36,480 nt of DNA, taken from assembly GCF_001194135.2 (NCBI RefSeq), contig NC_068983.1:126079038-126115517 (forward strand). The letters are read 5' to 3'. Under the pieces are notes generated by a model that saw nothing but the letters and a program-made list of their open reading frames with translations, had not been told where the DNA came from and did not search any database. This stretch comes from Octopus bimaculoides. Taxonomy: Eukaryota. The position numbers and the translations under genes are program-made. Positions 11,796-23,614 of this stretch are shown here, in pieces; position 1 is the stretch's first letter; every line of letters begins with the position of its first letter.

Positions 11796-13789
11796 TTACG
11801 TCAGTTTCGATTAACGCTCATAAGTCCTAGATGCATCCAGATAAAAGACATCTGAGAAACTTATAAAATCTCTCACAGACACGCGGTAGCTTCTGGTCTA
11901 CAGATATATTGTGGTTCCTTTCTAATGTTTCTTCTCCTGCTCTTCTCTTCCTTTGAAATTAACTTAGCTAATGCCTCTTTTATCCACACACGCTCGACTC
12001 ATTAAAGACCCCTCTTACAGTTACCCTTCTTTTTATCTACCACCCTCCAGGACCCGGGCAGTCATTATCCGGAGGCTTTTCCGCAACGTCAGCCCTCTGA
12101 AATTATTTCACTACGCATGATATATCCAGAGTATTTTCAGTCACACATGTTTAATTGAAACGTGAATTGCATCAATCTTATCGGTATAGAATGGCCTGCG
12201 AAAGCCATGGTTACTCCCCCTTCCTCAAGACACAGTTCTTAGGGTGCAAACGACGTGAAACTATGTGACAAAGCTGCATCATTTAAAGTCAGTAGCATTC
12301 CTGATAGAAAATCAGAGATAAGAATATACCTATGTTCTGGATTGATATTTTTTGAAGTGATAGAATGCATAATTGATTTCAGTAAGAATTCAACTCCGTG
12401 GAAAGAATTAGAACGAAAACGCAAATCATTCTATAAGATCTATGATAATTCTATCAATGTGCATCATTTCTGTATTATATAGTCATAATCAAGAAGAGGT
12501 CTTGACTTCTCAAAAAATCCTAACTGAACATCAGTTTTCAGTTTTCAATTCTCTTAGGTATTGAATAGATGTGACAAGGAATTTCTTATCTATATTGAAT
12601 AACGTATTCATTGATTCCTTGAAATAATTCATATATCTCTCTCGTAGAATTGTAATATTTACTTAAGACATAAGGCGCGACAGGCCACGATCATGGCCGT
12701 CAGATAGAGGTCGACAGGCCTCGATCGTGCGCCAGATAGATGCATTTAATTTGAGCGTTTGTTGGTTGGTGTCTAATATCACTCAAACGCTCTGATATCC
12801 ACCCACCCCGAGAGTACAAGTGGACTAATAGTTCAACTAATGACTTTTCAGTTGATGTAAAACTTGCCCCCATTATTTACTAAGAAGATATTTTAACTAA
12901 TCTTTTTGTTTTTTAGGTGTGCAATGTAGTCTCATTTTCATAAAATGTGCTCAGCAGTGCGTGCTATGTAAGTGCAAATTCCTGCGCTTCATCGGTTAAA
13001 CAATATCGGATTAAAATCAGAAAATCCTTTAACTACTTGAACTGTACTACAAGCGGTAACAAATGTTATGATTATGCTGATAAATTTGTTGAGTTTACCG
13101 AATATATATCGTATATTTCATATGCCTGAAATATAATAGTATAACCCAAAGCAATTAATTTTAACTGATACTTCACCTCCTCTTGTTCGAAGACAAACCA
13201 ATTTTTTCCTATCATGACAGATATGACAAATGCGATTCGCTTGTAAGAAGCATTCTTTAGTTAAACATAAACTAATTTGTAAGAGATGCAGACGATATTC
13301 CTGATATAGACTTGCCTCAAACAATACTTCCAGACAACTGGAGGCTAGAAACGACATGCGTTTCCGCAACGGCAACCAAATTACAAAATATGTAAATTAT
13401 TAAGTATTATATAACAATTACAACCACATCAATCATACACGAACGCTCACATATCACACTAATAGAACTTCATGAACTGTTCAATGAACACATACACATA
13501 CTAGAGTATAACAAAACGTTAATATATACGGTGAAACATAAAAATAATTTAAATATATTGAGGCAAGTTGAAAGTTTTGTAATATTTACATAGCTGTTAG
13601 CTTGCAGTGAGTAAATAACAAGATCCAAACAGTTCAGTATGTCGAAGATGTCTGATGATATTGGTAGTATCGTGATAGTTGGTGCGCTGATATGTTGCCG
13701 CATTTGATTACAGTACTGTAATCATATAGTTCAAAACATTTCGCTCAGGTTGCTGAACCTCGACGTTGAAGAAAAGTAAATTAGGTCTA

Positions 13790-14220
13790 AAAATATGGAT
13801 TTCAACGCTGTGTTCTAAGCCATAGCGGCAAATCTGACGAGCTTCGAAACTTACGAAAGTATGCCACTGTGAGGCGAAAATCCTCGGTTTTGGTTGACAG
13901 AAATCGGGATCTTCTGCAGCAAGACTGCGCAACACTTTATTCCACTCGAACAACCCTGAATAACTCCGAACTTCAACGAATCGAACCAATGTCAAACAAC
14001 ACCATGCATATAGGGTGGACATAGCTCTTTCGGATTACAACAGCTCGGATCCATGGTTCACTTTATGCACTCGCAATGTTTCACCAACCAAGAAGAGGTG
14101 GAAGCTTCAGAGAAGGAGTTCTTCATCTCGAATGAGAAAATCCCGTACCAGCGTGGGATCAAAGAACTTGCAGAAAGGTTGCTTAAGACGATGCAACTTG
14201 ATGGACTCTTCTTAGACTGA
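13790..14220 (+). mobile_element. Mariner transposase C-terminal fragment, decayed
   Basis: LVDRNRDLLQQD...IALSDY...SMVHFMHSQCFTNQEEVEASEKEFF...YQRGIKELAERLLKTMQLDGLF matches the mariner LLQQDNA / SPDLAPSDY region and C-terminus. Confidence 0.85.
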
Positions 14221-14509
14221 CACGCTGAAGAAATAAGCAAATAGAAAGCTAAAATATTAGAAAACGTTTGACGGGAATCTCTAAAATTCCGTATTGTACC
14301 AGTTACATATGAAAATAATTATGAGTAAATATAAATTAGACTTAAATAATAAAAAAAGTAGGACATACATTGCATTTTCAAGAAACATGGTTTAAAATAT
14401 GAGAAAGAACAGTTAAAATATTAGATAAGGGAAAAGGAGATACAATGAAATAAAATAGTTAAAACATACAGTGATTATTTTCTAGAGGATTGAAATTGAA
14501 AATAGATGT

Positions 14510-14542
14510 CTGTCTCTCTCTGTCTCTCTCTGTCTCTCTCAC

Positions 14543-14588
<46 letters not shown>
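14510..14588. repeat. (CT)n microsatellite running into gap
   Basis: CT run. Confidence 0.97.
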
Positions 14589-15460
14589 NNNNNNNNNNNN
14601 NNNNNNNNNNNNNNNNNNNNNNNNNNNNNNNNNNNNNNNNNNNNNNNNNNNNNNNNNNNNNNNNNNNNNNNNNNNNNNNNNNNNNNNNNNNNNNNNNNNN
14701 NNNNNNNNNNNNNNNNNNNNNNNNNNNNNNNNNNNNNNNNNNNNNNNNNNNNNNNNNNNNNNNNNNNNNNNNNNNNNNNNNNNNNNNNNNNNNNNNNNNN
14801 NNNNNNNNNNNNNNNNNNNNNNNNNNNNNNNNNNNNNNNNNNNNNNNNNNNNNNNNNNNNNNNNNNNNNNNNNNNNNNNNNNNNNNNNNNNNNNNNNNNN
14901 NNNNNNNNNNNNNNNNNNNNNNNNNNNNNNNNNNNNNNNNNNNNNNNNNNNNNNNNNNNNNNNNNNNNNNNNNNNNNNNNNNNNNNNNNNNNNNNNNNNN
15001 NNNNNNNNNNNNNNNNNNNNNNNNNNNNNNNNNNNNNNNNNNNNNNNNNNNNNNNNNNNNNNNNNNNNNNNNNNNNNNNNNNNNNNNNNNNNNNNNNNNN
15101 NNNNNNNNNNNNNNNNNNNNNNNNNNNNNNNNNNNNNNNNNNNNNNNNNNNNNNNNNNNNNNNNNNNNNNNNNNNNNNNNNNNNNNNNNNNNNNNNNNNN
15201 NNNNNNNNNNNNNNNNNNNNNNNNNNNNNNNNNNNNNNNNNNNNNNNNNNNNNNNNNNNNNNNNNNNNNNNNNNNNNNNNNNNNNNNNNNNNNNNNNNNN
15301 NNNNNNNNNNNNNNNNNNNNNNNNNNNNNNNNNNNNNNNNNNNNNNNNNNNNNNNNNNNNNNNNNNNNNNNNNNNNNNNNNNNNNNNNNNNNNNNNNNNN
15401 NNNNNNNNNNNNNNNNNNNNNNNNNNNNNNNNNNNNNNNNNNNNNNNNNNNNNNNNNNNN
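14589..15460. other. Assembly gap (872 N)
   Basis: N run; ORFs that cross it are artefacts. Confidence 1.
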
Positions 15461-15477
15461 ATACGAGACTTATTAGG

Positions 15478-15551
15478 TAGCCATGCTAATACTCCGAGTT
15501 TCGGATGCCGGGGTGGGAACCCACGCCACTATCTCTTCAGTTATCCGGCCA
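15478..15551 (-). ncRNA. Type I hammerhead ribozyme candidate with long stem II
   Basis: Minus strand: UGGCC-gga-UAA CUGAAGA g-au...gugg-guuc-ccac...au-c-c GAAA CU-cgg-AG UA / UUA-gcau-GGCUA; core at + 15534-15540, GAAA at + 15499-15502. Confidence 0.6.
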
Positions 15552-15598
15552 TTGAAAATTCCTGTGAAAAATGACCGTCAAACAAAGGGAAATTACTG

Positions 15599-15838
15599 TG
15601 TGGTTGACTGTTATTAAGACAAAAGAGCTAAGACCGCTAAGTAAGGGAAGGAATTAGAGGTAAGGGAGTAGAAATGTCTATGGTGTTCGCGTAAGCGCAC
15701 CAATCTGTACATTCGCCTATATGTATATACTCAACCACGCTCGCTTGAAACACACATACTCTCCCACATGCTCGCCATAAACTATATATTTAACCAACTC
15801 ACGAGGAAATAAACTCACAACGAGTTACGAAACCAACA
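15599..15838 (+). mobile_element. Possible 5' LTR of the Gypsy element
   Basis: TGTGG...CCAACA ends, TATA-like tracts, AATAAA near 15808, 42 nt before the gag ATG; no PBS seen after it. Confidence 0.35.
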
Positions 15839-15880
15839 AATCTTTTTTGTGCAAATTTTACTGCAAAGAATCGTAAAATT

Positions 15881-18800
15881 ATGGAACATTTTTTGGCCGG
15901 TTTGCTCCAATTGTAAGATCAGTAACAAGAGCAACTAAAAGAACAACAACAGCAGAAGCAACAACAACAACAATTACTATTACAGCGAAAGATGCTGCAA
16001 GCAATAAATAGTATGTCATCAGGAAATGCTGAAAAAGTTTTCTCGCCATTTGAGGTTGCCAAATCGATAACAATGTTTAAGTACGAACCAGGTAAAGGAG
16101 TTGCTTTCGAGGCGTATTATCGGAGATACCAACAAATATTCGACAAAGTGTGCGAAGATAGGAACGACGATATGAAAATTGGCAGCAAGAGACCATGAGC
16201 GTTACATCAATTACGTACTCCCGAAAAAACCTTCTGACATAAACTTAAAAAATACAATAGACATATCGTGTAAAACTTTTAGTGAGAAAAGCTCGTTGTT
16301 CAATACATGTTGGAAATGTTTGAACCAAGAAAAAAAAAACAAACAACGAGGAGGAATACATCACATATACTATTAGAGTTAACAGGGATTATGAAAAGTT
16401 CAAGCTGGACCAATTTATGCCAGACATGTTCAAGTGTCTGATTTTTACAAAAGGACTGACTGCAGAAACAAACGCAGAGGTAAGAACAAGAATTCTCACT
16501 AATCTAGAACATAAGTAAGCTGAAACGTAACCAAGCTGTTGCCATACAACAATTGTCAGATGAGTGTGTAAGAATAGTAGATTTAAGAGAACATAAAAAA
16601 TTAAGAGAACATAAAGATTGCTCCCAAGTGAAACAAGTGCGATTTAGAAAACAACTGTGTACCAAAATACAGTCCAAACAGGACAAGAGCAAGAAAAAGG
16701 CGTGTTTGCATATGGCGGTCTACACCAGAGAAAAAAGTGACCATTTAAGACAGGCGAATGCTTCCGTTCTGAAAATGTTCTCACACAAAAGCGCACGGTA
16801 AAACTAAGATGACAAAACGTCGGAACAAAAGAAAGAGAATAAACAGGATGTCTTCGAAAGAAAATAGTAATATAACAAAAAGGAAATTTGTAAATGTGAA
16901 AATTTTAAAATAGAAGATTAAAAATGCAGTTAGATAATGTAAATAATATTAGCATTGTAAATGAAGAAACATGAAAGTATGTCGCTAGGCCGAAATTAAT
17001 TAAATCTATAAAAGTCGCGCATGGCGTTACGGGCAAAAGATTGTATTTTATTAGTGAATTTGTGTATAATGTAACATTTCATGACCAAATGAAAACGGCA
17101 AAAATATGTGCTAAAAAATTCAGTTAATTAATTCGGCATAGAATTGTTCAAATTATGGAATACGCCCATAAGTGTTTTGTATGGGAATATAATCGGTTAA
17201 GACGAAGGTTCGAATGAGGCTGAGGAACTGAAACAAAAAGTAAAACATTTATTTCCAGATGTTTTCTCGGAGGAACTGGGATGTTGCACGAAAACGAAGG
17301 TAACAATTGCTGTAAAACAAAGTGCATCGCATGTATTGAAGCCAAAACGGAATGTACCCTTCACAGAAATAGACCAGGTAAATAAAGAACTTGAAAGACT
17401 TCAAAGCCTAGGAATAATCGAGAAGATGGACCACTCAGAGTAGGCAGTACATACGGTCTGCATAGAAAACAAAAGTTAAGAGTTCATGCAGATTTTTCAA
17501 CAGGTTTGAATGATTCGTTAATCTCACATAACTACCATTGCTGAGTCCTGAGGACGTGTGTGCAATATTGAATGGAGAAAACTCTTCTCAAAATTAGATA
17601 TCTCGGAGGAATATCTACAAATCCAAGTAAAAGAATGGTCTCATTTATTAACAATTAATACACGCAGTGGCTTATTTAAATTTAAGCGGCTTTCCTTCGG
17701 TGAAAAGAGCGACTCCTCCAATATGTCAGCAATAAATGGATAAAATACTGGGTGACTGTGACTTTGTTATCGCCTATTTAGACGAAAATCTAATAAAAAG
17801 TGAATCACAAGAGCAACAAGTAGAACACGTTAAAAGGGGATTCGAGAAGATAAGAGAATACAGTTTCAAGTTCACGGAAGACAAAAGCGAGTACTTTATG
17901 AAAAAATATTAAATACTTGTGCCAGATAATAGATAAACATTAACGAAAGGCGGATCAATTCAAAGCAACTGCAATGCAAAATATGCCCACGCTGAATAAT
18001 GTGACTATGCTACAAGCATTATTGGGCTTAGTAAATTATTATCAAATTTACAGTCCCAATATACATAATATAATGGCCCCACTCAATGATTTGTTAAAGA
18101 GAAATAAAAAATGGTGTTGGACTCATAAGTGCCAGAAGGCATTTGCCGAGTTAAAATAATATCCTCACACCGGACTTATCGTTAAAGCATTTTGATCCAA
18201 AGTTGGATATCATACTGACTACGGATGCAAGTGATTACTGTGTCAGAGCCGTATATATGACGATGGCAGTAAAAAGGCTATAGCCCACCCAAGCGTCACA
18301 ATTATTATTACGGCTGAAAAGAACTATAGTCAGATATAAAAGGAAAGTGTAGTATTCATATTCGGTGTGAAAAATTTCCATAGATTTTTCATGGAAGACG
18401 TTTCTGTCAAGAAACGGATCATCGCCCACTACTATCAAGATACGGTTCTCGTAATGGAATGCTAACAGACACAGCAAATAAACTACAGCGATGGGGCACT
18501 ACATTATTGAATTATGATTACAACATGGAATATTTACCGTAAAAAGGAAAAAGACTATGGCATTTGGAGGGTTTGTTCAGACTGATACCGAAACACTACA
18601 ATCCATTGGAAGATAGAATAATTACAGCATTAAGATCAGAAGGAGAAATAAAAGAAATGTAGAATGTGGTACACGTATTACAGGTAACTCTATAAGACAT
18701 GAAACGGAATGCGGTAGCGGACAAATCCATAACAGAAAGGAAAAGAATATTGTGGTCAAGAGAAGTAAGTAGGAAAAGGATTTGTGTGAAACGAAACCGA

Positions 18801-19616
18801 AACGTGGACATATACTCATTTTCTGATGGCATACTGATGCATGCACAGAGAATAGTGATACCTGAAACACAACAATGAAAATATTGAAGGAATTTCCTGT
18901 TGGACATCCTGGTATTTTGAGGATGAAAGCTTTAATGCGTAGTTACGTGTACTGGCCAAAAATGGATACAGAAATCTAAAATTTAGTGAAAGGCTATAGA
19001 GGACGTGCTCTAGCAGCAAAATTACCGACAATAAACAGTGAACCTTGGCCAAATGCAGATATTACGTATTTGACACTACACATCGATTTCGCTAGTCCTT
19101 TGAACTGTTCATACTACTTCGTGGTAGTTGATAGTTTTTCTAAATGACTAGAAATTTGTAAGTATATAAAACCAACGTCCTCAAATCTGACAATTTTTTT
19201 ACATGAGCTGTTTGAAAAATTTGGCATCCCAGACGCTGTAGTGTCCATCAATGGAACGCAATCTGTGTCTTTTGAATTTAAAATTCGTGACACAAGAACG
19301 GAAAAAGTTATGAAGGTGGCATAATTAACAAACGCATAGGAAAAATGCTATACTTGGTAAAAAAAAAGTAGAATAGGGCTACACAAAAGACACATGAACC
19401 AACTGAAAAAACAAAATTCGTTGAGAGCGAACCCAAGAGAATGGAAGAACCAATGAAATGGTTAGATGATACTTTTCAAGTACCAACGCCACTGCGACTG
19501 ATTGAACTGAGACGCACAAGCGTAAGAAAAAGAAAATCTACGGAGTTCCTAGAGGTGGATGCCAAACGGAAAAGCTATTAAACGTGTAACTAACAAAAAA
19601 ACTCAAAAATGGGAGG
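15881..19616 (+). mobile_element. Decayed Gypsy (Mag/K02A2.6-like) gag-pol
   Basis: Gag SITMFKYEPGKGVAFEAYYRRY, HERYINYVLPKKP; RT FPDVFSEELGCC, FSKLDISEEYLQI, YLDE; RNase H TDASDY, TDHRP; integrase GHPGILRMKALMRSYVYWP, LHIDFASP, VVDSFSK, FGIPD. Many stops/frameshifts, integrase core deleted after NGTQ; PPT-like aaaaatgggagg at 19605-19616. Confidence 0.95.
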
Positions 19617-19697
19617 TGGACTGATATAAAAAAAGTATTGCTATTAAAACAGCTAAAACAGCACACCCGAAGAAAAGGAAAAACTTAACAGGGGAGG

Positions 19698-19902
19698 TGT
19701 TGCGGGGATAATACTAATGATGGTACACTCCTCCCTTGTGACGAATATAATGCGGCTGTCGCTATAAATAATTTGACGTCAGTGAGTATAGGGACAGAGT
19801 ACGAAATAGACGTTCTTAGATAGTGATGTTTTTACTGGTCTAACAAATATGCTGTTATACCGATGTGGGTGAGGTAACAATCCGACATTAAGCATTACAA
19901 CA
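19698..19902 (+). mobile_element. 205-bp LTR with a PPT before it and a PBS after it
   Basis: aggggagg (19690-19697), then TGTTG...CAACA, then gtggcgac (19903-19910). Confidence 0.8.
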
Positions 19903-20106
19903 GTGGCGACAAAGACACAATAGTATAGATACTAAAAAAGGCGGCTATACGCAATATACAACGAAGCAAATATTCAGTTGTCACTAATTGCGACTGAGGT
20001 GAAGGGTAGAACATTTCTAGAAATATGATCTAAGAGCCCTTGGGGCCGGGGAGTAACGCATGTCTACGTACTAACATGGGAGATAACCGCCCCCCCCCCA
20101 GCTAGC

Positions 20107-20167
20107 GAGTTCATCATACTAGACTAGTTTCGCTTTGAATTAAAAGCTCATCAGTGATGACTACACT
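20107..20167 (-). ncRNA. Type I hammerhead ribozyme, canonical core
   Basis: Minus strand: UCAUCA CUGAUGA GCUUU-uaauuc-AAAGC GAAA CUA-guc-UAG UA / UGAUGA. Perfect 6-bp stem I, 5-bp stem II, 4-bp stem III; cleavage predicted between 20117 and 20116. Confidence 0.9.
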
Positions 20168-20432
20168 AGGTCTATGAACTCGCTATTTGTATGTGCATAT
20201 CCATGTGTTCTTTGTGGCACTATGGGTTTTCAGCTCTTAATTCTACTAATATAGGTGCTACTTAGTCACAATTAGTGACAATTAATTTTTTAATTTTTGG
20301 TTTTATATTGTGTATAGCCGCCAGCGTTATTTTATAATTTCCACATCGCTACTTTACTGAATCATCCACTGATTTATAAGGTAAATCATATATATAGTGA
20401 TAGCGTGAATTTAGCCAAGCTATCGAGCGACG

Positions 20433-20490
20433 GAGTACTCATCACTGATGTGATTTAGTTAAAAGCGAAATTAAATTCGTATGATGATCC
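20433..20490 (+). ncRNA. Degenerate paralogous hammerhead
   Basis: UCAUCA CUGAUGU gauuu-aguua-aaagc GAAA uuaaauucg UA UGAUGA; A9-to-U change and weakened stems II and III. Confidence 0.7.
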
Positions 20491-20621
20491 ACTTGCTATG
20501 GAGTGTTTACCTCCCCTACCAGTACATAGACATGTGTTCCTTTCCGGCCCTTAGGGCTTTTAGCACATATTACTAGCAATGTAGGTGCTACCCTGCACCA
20601 ACAGTCACAGTTAATGACAAT

Positions 20622-20647
20622 CACACACACACACACACACATGTATA

Positions 20648-20745
<98 letters not shown>
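20622..20745. repeat. (CA)n(TA)n(TG)n compound microsatellite
   Basis: Consecutive dinucleotide runs. Confidence 0.97.
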
Positions 20746-22183
20746 TGTGCTAGTGTGCGTGTTTGTGTACAAAAAAACAACAGACCTGCATATATATATA
20801 TATGTGTACTTAGCTGAATATACATGTATACACACAACTTTATTAGAACACATACAATGCGAATTATACACACAAATAAACACACATATGGGCATACACA
20901 CGCGCAAATCTAATAATGTATATCAATGCAAATGCATATTTGCATACACACACAAATAAATCCAGCGCTTGAAGATCTTTAACCTTTGATACACAAAACC
21001 TAAAGATAAAGTACACAAACAAGCAGGTTAACAGAGGATCAGAATTAAAAATAGAGGAAATGTTCATGTGTCTCACGTAACTATGTGCTATGCTGAAAAT
21101 ATACTGACTTTGAAATATGCAGGAAACCAAAAATTAATTGGCATGATACTTACATGTAAACAATACCAGAGAGTGGAATGAGCAGTAAAATATATAATAG
21201 AAAACGAACCAAGAAATATATCCTTCAGTTAAATGAAGATCCACTCATACTACAGGTGTGGATATATATGTGCTCCTACAAAAGAATAATGGTGGTTACA
21301 AAATAGGGAATAAATAATATATAATGCATTAAGAAATGTAAAACTATACTTAAGATATGAATGTAGCTGAGGTGAGAAGTAAAGTAAGATGTTAAAACCT
21401 ATGTTCCGTAGCTGACAATATGTGCATCTCTGATCATGAGTAGAAGTAGTGGGGGTGCATGAGAGACATGTATGAGGAAGGTTTATTTATGGTTTGAATA
21501 AACATAATAATAGTAAAGTTTGAAGGAAATATAAGCCATTTTTCGTACTTTCTAGGGGTAAGCGAATCGAAAATAGCAATTGCTACTCAAGGACAAAAGC
21601 TATGTTATACGGTGTTATTTATTATACAATAAAGAGTATTATAATTATTAAAGTTTCAAACTTAAGCATCCATCACGTGACCAAGAGTATAGAATATAAC
21701 ACCTCCCATCATCATACATACATCTTTCGTGATCATAACGATATTGTACATGTTATAACAATTTTGGAGGTCATAACAATATTGTATAAAATGTAATAAT
21801 TTTCCTTATCATGATCAAAAATGTATTGGCGAACAATAATATCCATCTTGTGCTCATAACTATATAATACAGACCATAGCATCTATCTTGCGATTTTCCC
21901 TACATTTTCGTGACTATAACATCCATCTCCAGCAATGCAAGTAGCAGATGTGTATATGCTTTAAATGTTGAGTTACGTTAACAAATAATTAATTGTATTA
22001 TTTGCTTAGTTACTTTTACAATATTGTTATTTCTAATCGCACTTACTTTTATCATGGTACAGTTATTATACAGTAGTTCAAATTAAAAATGTAAAAGAAC
22101 CCTAATAATGTGACTTCTTTCGTGAATGTCTGATCAGTTCAGGAAATAGTTTCTTCATTTACAATATCAGGGATTTGTTATAA

Positions 22184-22390
22184 GAAGGCGAGCTGGTAGA
22201 ATCGTTAACACAACAGACACAAATGCTAATCAATATATCTTAAGTTCTGAGTTCAAATTACCCCGAGGTCGACTTTGTATTTTAACCTTTCGGAGTCGAT
22301 GAAAATAAGTAGTAGCTACGAACTTGGTCAATGTAATCGACTGATCCACTCCCTCGAAATTCTAGGCCTTATGCCAAAAACTCAGAGCCA
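22184..22390 (+). mobile_element. tRNA-derived SINE (same family as 673-887)
   Basis: aaggcgagctggtagaatcgttaac...gttctgagttcaaattaccccgaggtcgacttt...aatcgactgatcc. Confidence 0.8.
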
Positions 22391-23319
22391 ATATTCTTCA
22401 TTCTTTTTTTCATTTCTCGATCGGATACTCTGTCATTCATAAACTGGATTTTGCGTACCGAGAGTGCCTTGTCGTATTTGTTCCGCCACTTTGAGTTCAG
22501 AATTCGTTCAAATCCTCCCAGTGTCTTCATTAACACAACCACCTCGAATTTCTAAATCCTTCAAGGCGGAGCTCCAGCATGGACGCAGGCGAATGACAGA
22601 GTAAAAGATCGTGAGTCTATATGTGTAGCAAATAAAATGGATCCCAGAATGCAAACAAACATACAGCAGCAAACCGTTTTCTTTCTTATGTGAACACTAA
22701 ACTTTTACAGTCAATCTAATAATGCATTATTAAACAGAATATACATTTATGAAGACGAATTCTAATTGCAATGCATCTATATTCACGCGAATCAAACTTA
22801 GCGAATTCTGCTAGTTATCAAATCTCATGTATTTCTCATTAAATTCAAAATATGTTTGTTTTTTTCTTTACTGTATCTTCATCTTGGTAAATATCCACAT
22901 AGCTAAGGCTGCTAGATTAATCAACATTTAGACAGCATATTCATTTTTCCTTTGTTTATTATTATTCATTATATGACTTCCTTCAGTTTTCAATTCCGAA
23001 CATAGCTAAATAATTTGAATTGATATCTTTTTACGCAGCATATTAAACAACGTATGTTTTTCTCTTCATTATAAAGTCTTCGTCACTAACTATTCCTAAT
23101 AATGTTAGTTCTACAACATTTCATTTCCTCTTTATTTAAAATTATTTAACATCTCAAATTCATTCATTTTTGAACTTTTCACAAATAACTATAACGATAG
23201 TCTATGAATTCTCAAGTTAGTTAATAATTATATATAATTTCTGGCAATTTAAATTAATCTTTTTCGTGTACATTCATTTCATCTCACTTGAGTATGACAG
23301 ATGTGTAACGTGGCCGAAG

Positions 23320-23440
23320 TTAAAACAATAGCTTAAAGTATTCATTTGATATTCTTTCGAAGCTTTCTCCATAGAGTTACCCTTTACCGGAATCAGGCAT
23401 GTGATCCCTTTTTCGAGAAGTGGACCGCTTGAGAAATGAC
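23320..23440 (-). mobile_element. Possible non-LTR (R4/Dong-like) RT fragment
   Basis: LLEKGITCLIPVKGNSMEKASKEYQMNTLSYCF resembles the WL..GIT.LIPK...NYRPITCL motif; short and decayed. Confidence 0.35.
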
Positions 23441-23614
23441 TCATCATAAGGCAGGTCACACTGAAAAGCTATGACTGTTCGCTGTGCGTACCATTCAGCA
23501 AGTTTTGCAGACCGCATGCAGCCCGCGGGTCACAGTTTCCCCTATGACTAAATACATTTGCCCCGCTCACGATACGTAATTTGCAGGTATCTAACAATTC
23601 CGACGAATAAATAA

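Larger units (their letters stand above)
19940..20620. mobile_element. Hammerhead-containing retrozyme/Penelope-like repeat: one minus copy head-to-head with a plus-strand tandem pair
   Basis: Reverse complement of 19978-20165 aligns to 20432-20620. 20172-20325 aligns to both. Shared anchors are offset by about 310-340 nt (catgtgttc 20202/20531; gtcaca.tta.tgacaa 20265/20604). Confidence 0.8.

Noticed and set aside
11792-11830. Minus-strand CUUAUGA...GAAAC...GUA hammerhead-like remnant
   Set aside because: G5 missing, stem II and proximal stem I do not pair; cannot be supported beyond chance.
12917-13375. Cys-rich exon-like block and LCLTKECF on the opposite strand
   Set aside because: Resemblances to PAN or piggyBac zinc-binding motifs are too short and conflict between strands.
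13827-13865. Hammerhead-like string CUGACGA-gcuuc-GAAA-cuuacgaaag-UA
   Set aside because: Stem II is 1 bp, stem I does not pair next to the core, and the bases sit in register within mariner transposase coding sequence.
14490-15480. Long ORFs of 324-328 aa
   Set aside because: Artefacts of the N gap and CT repeat; the same applies to ORFs spanning 34131-34752.
20611-20959. Cluster of ORFs with poly-YI, CV and TH
   Set aside because: Translations of dinucleotide microsatellites; likewise at 336-581, 2672-3024 (5' part), 7923-8192 and 32357-32623.
23515-23552. hAT-like terminal motif gcagcccgcgggtcacagttt
   Set aside because: No matching opposite end or target duplication found.
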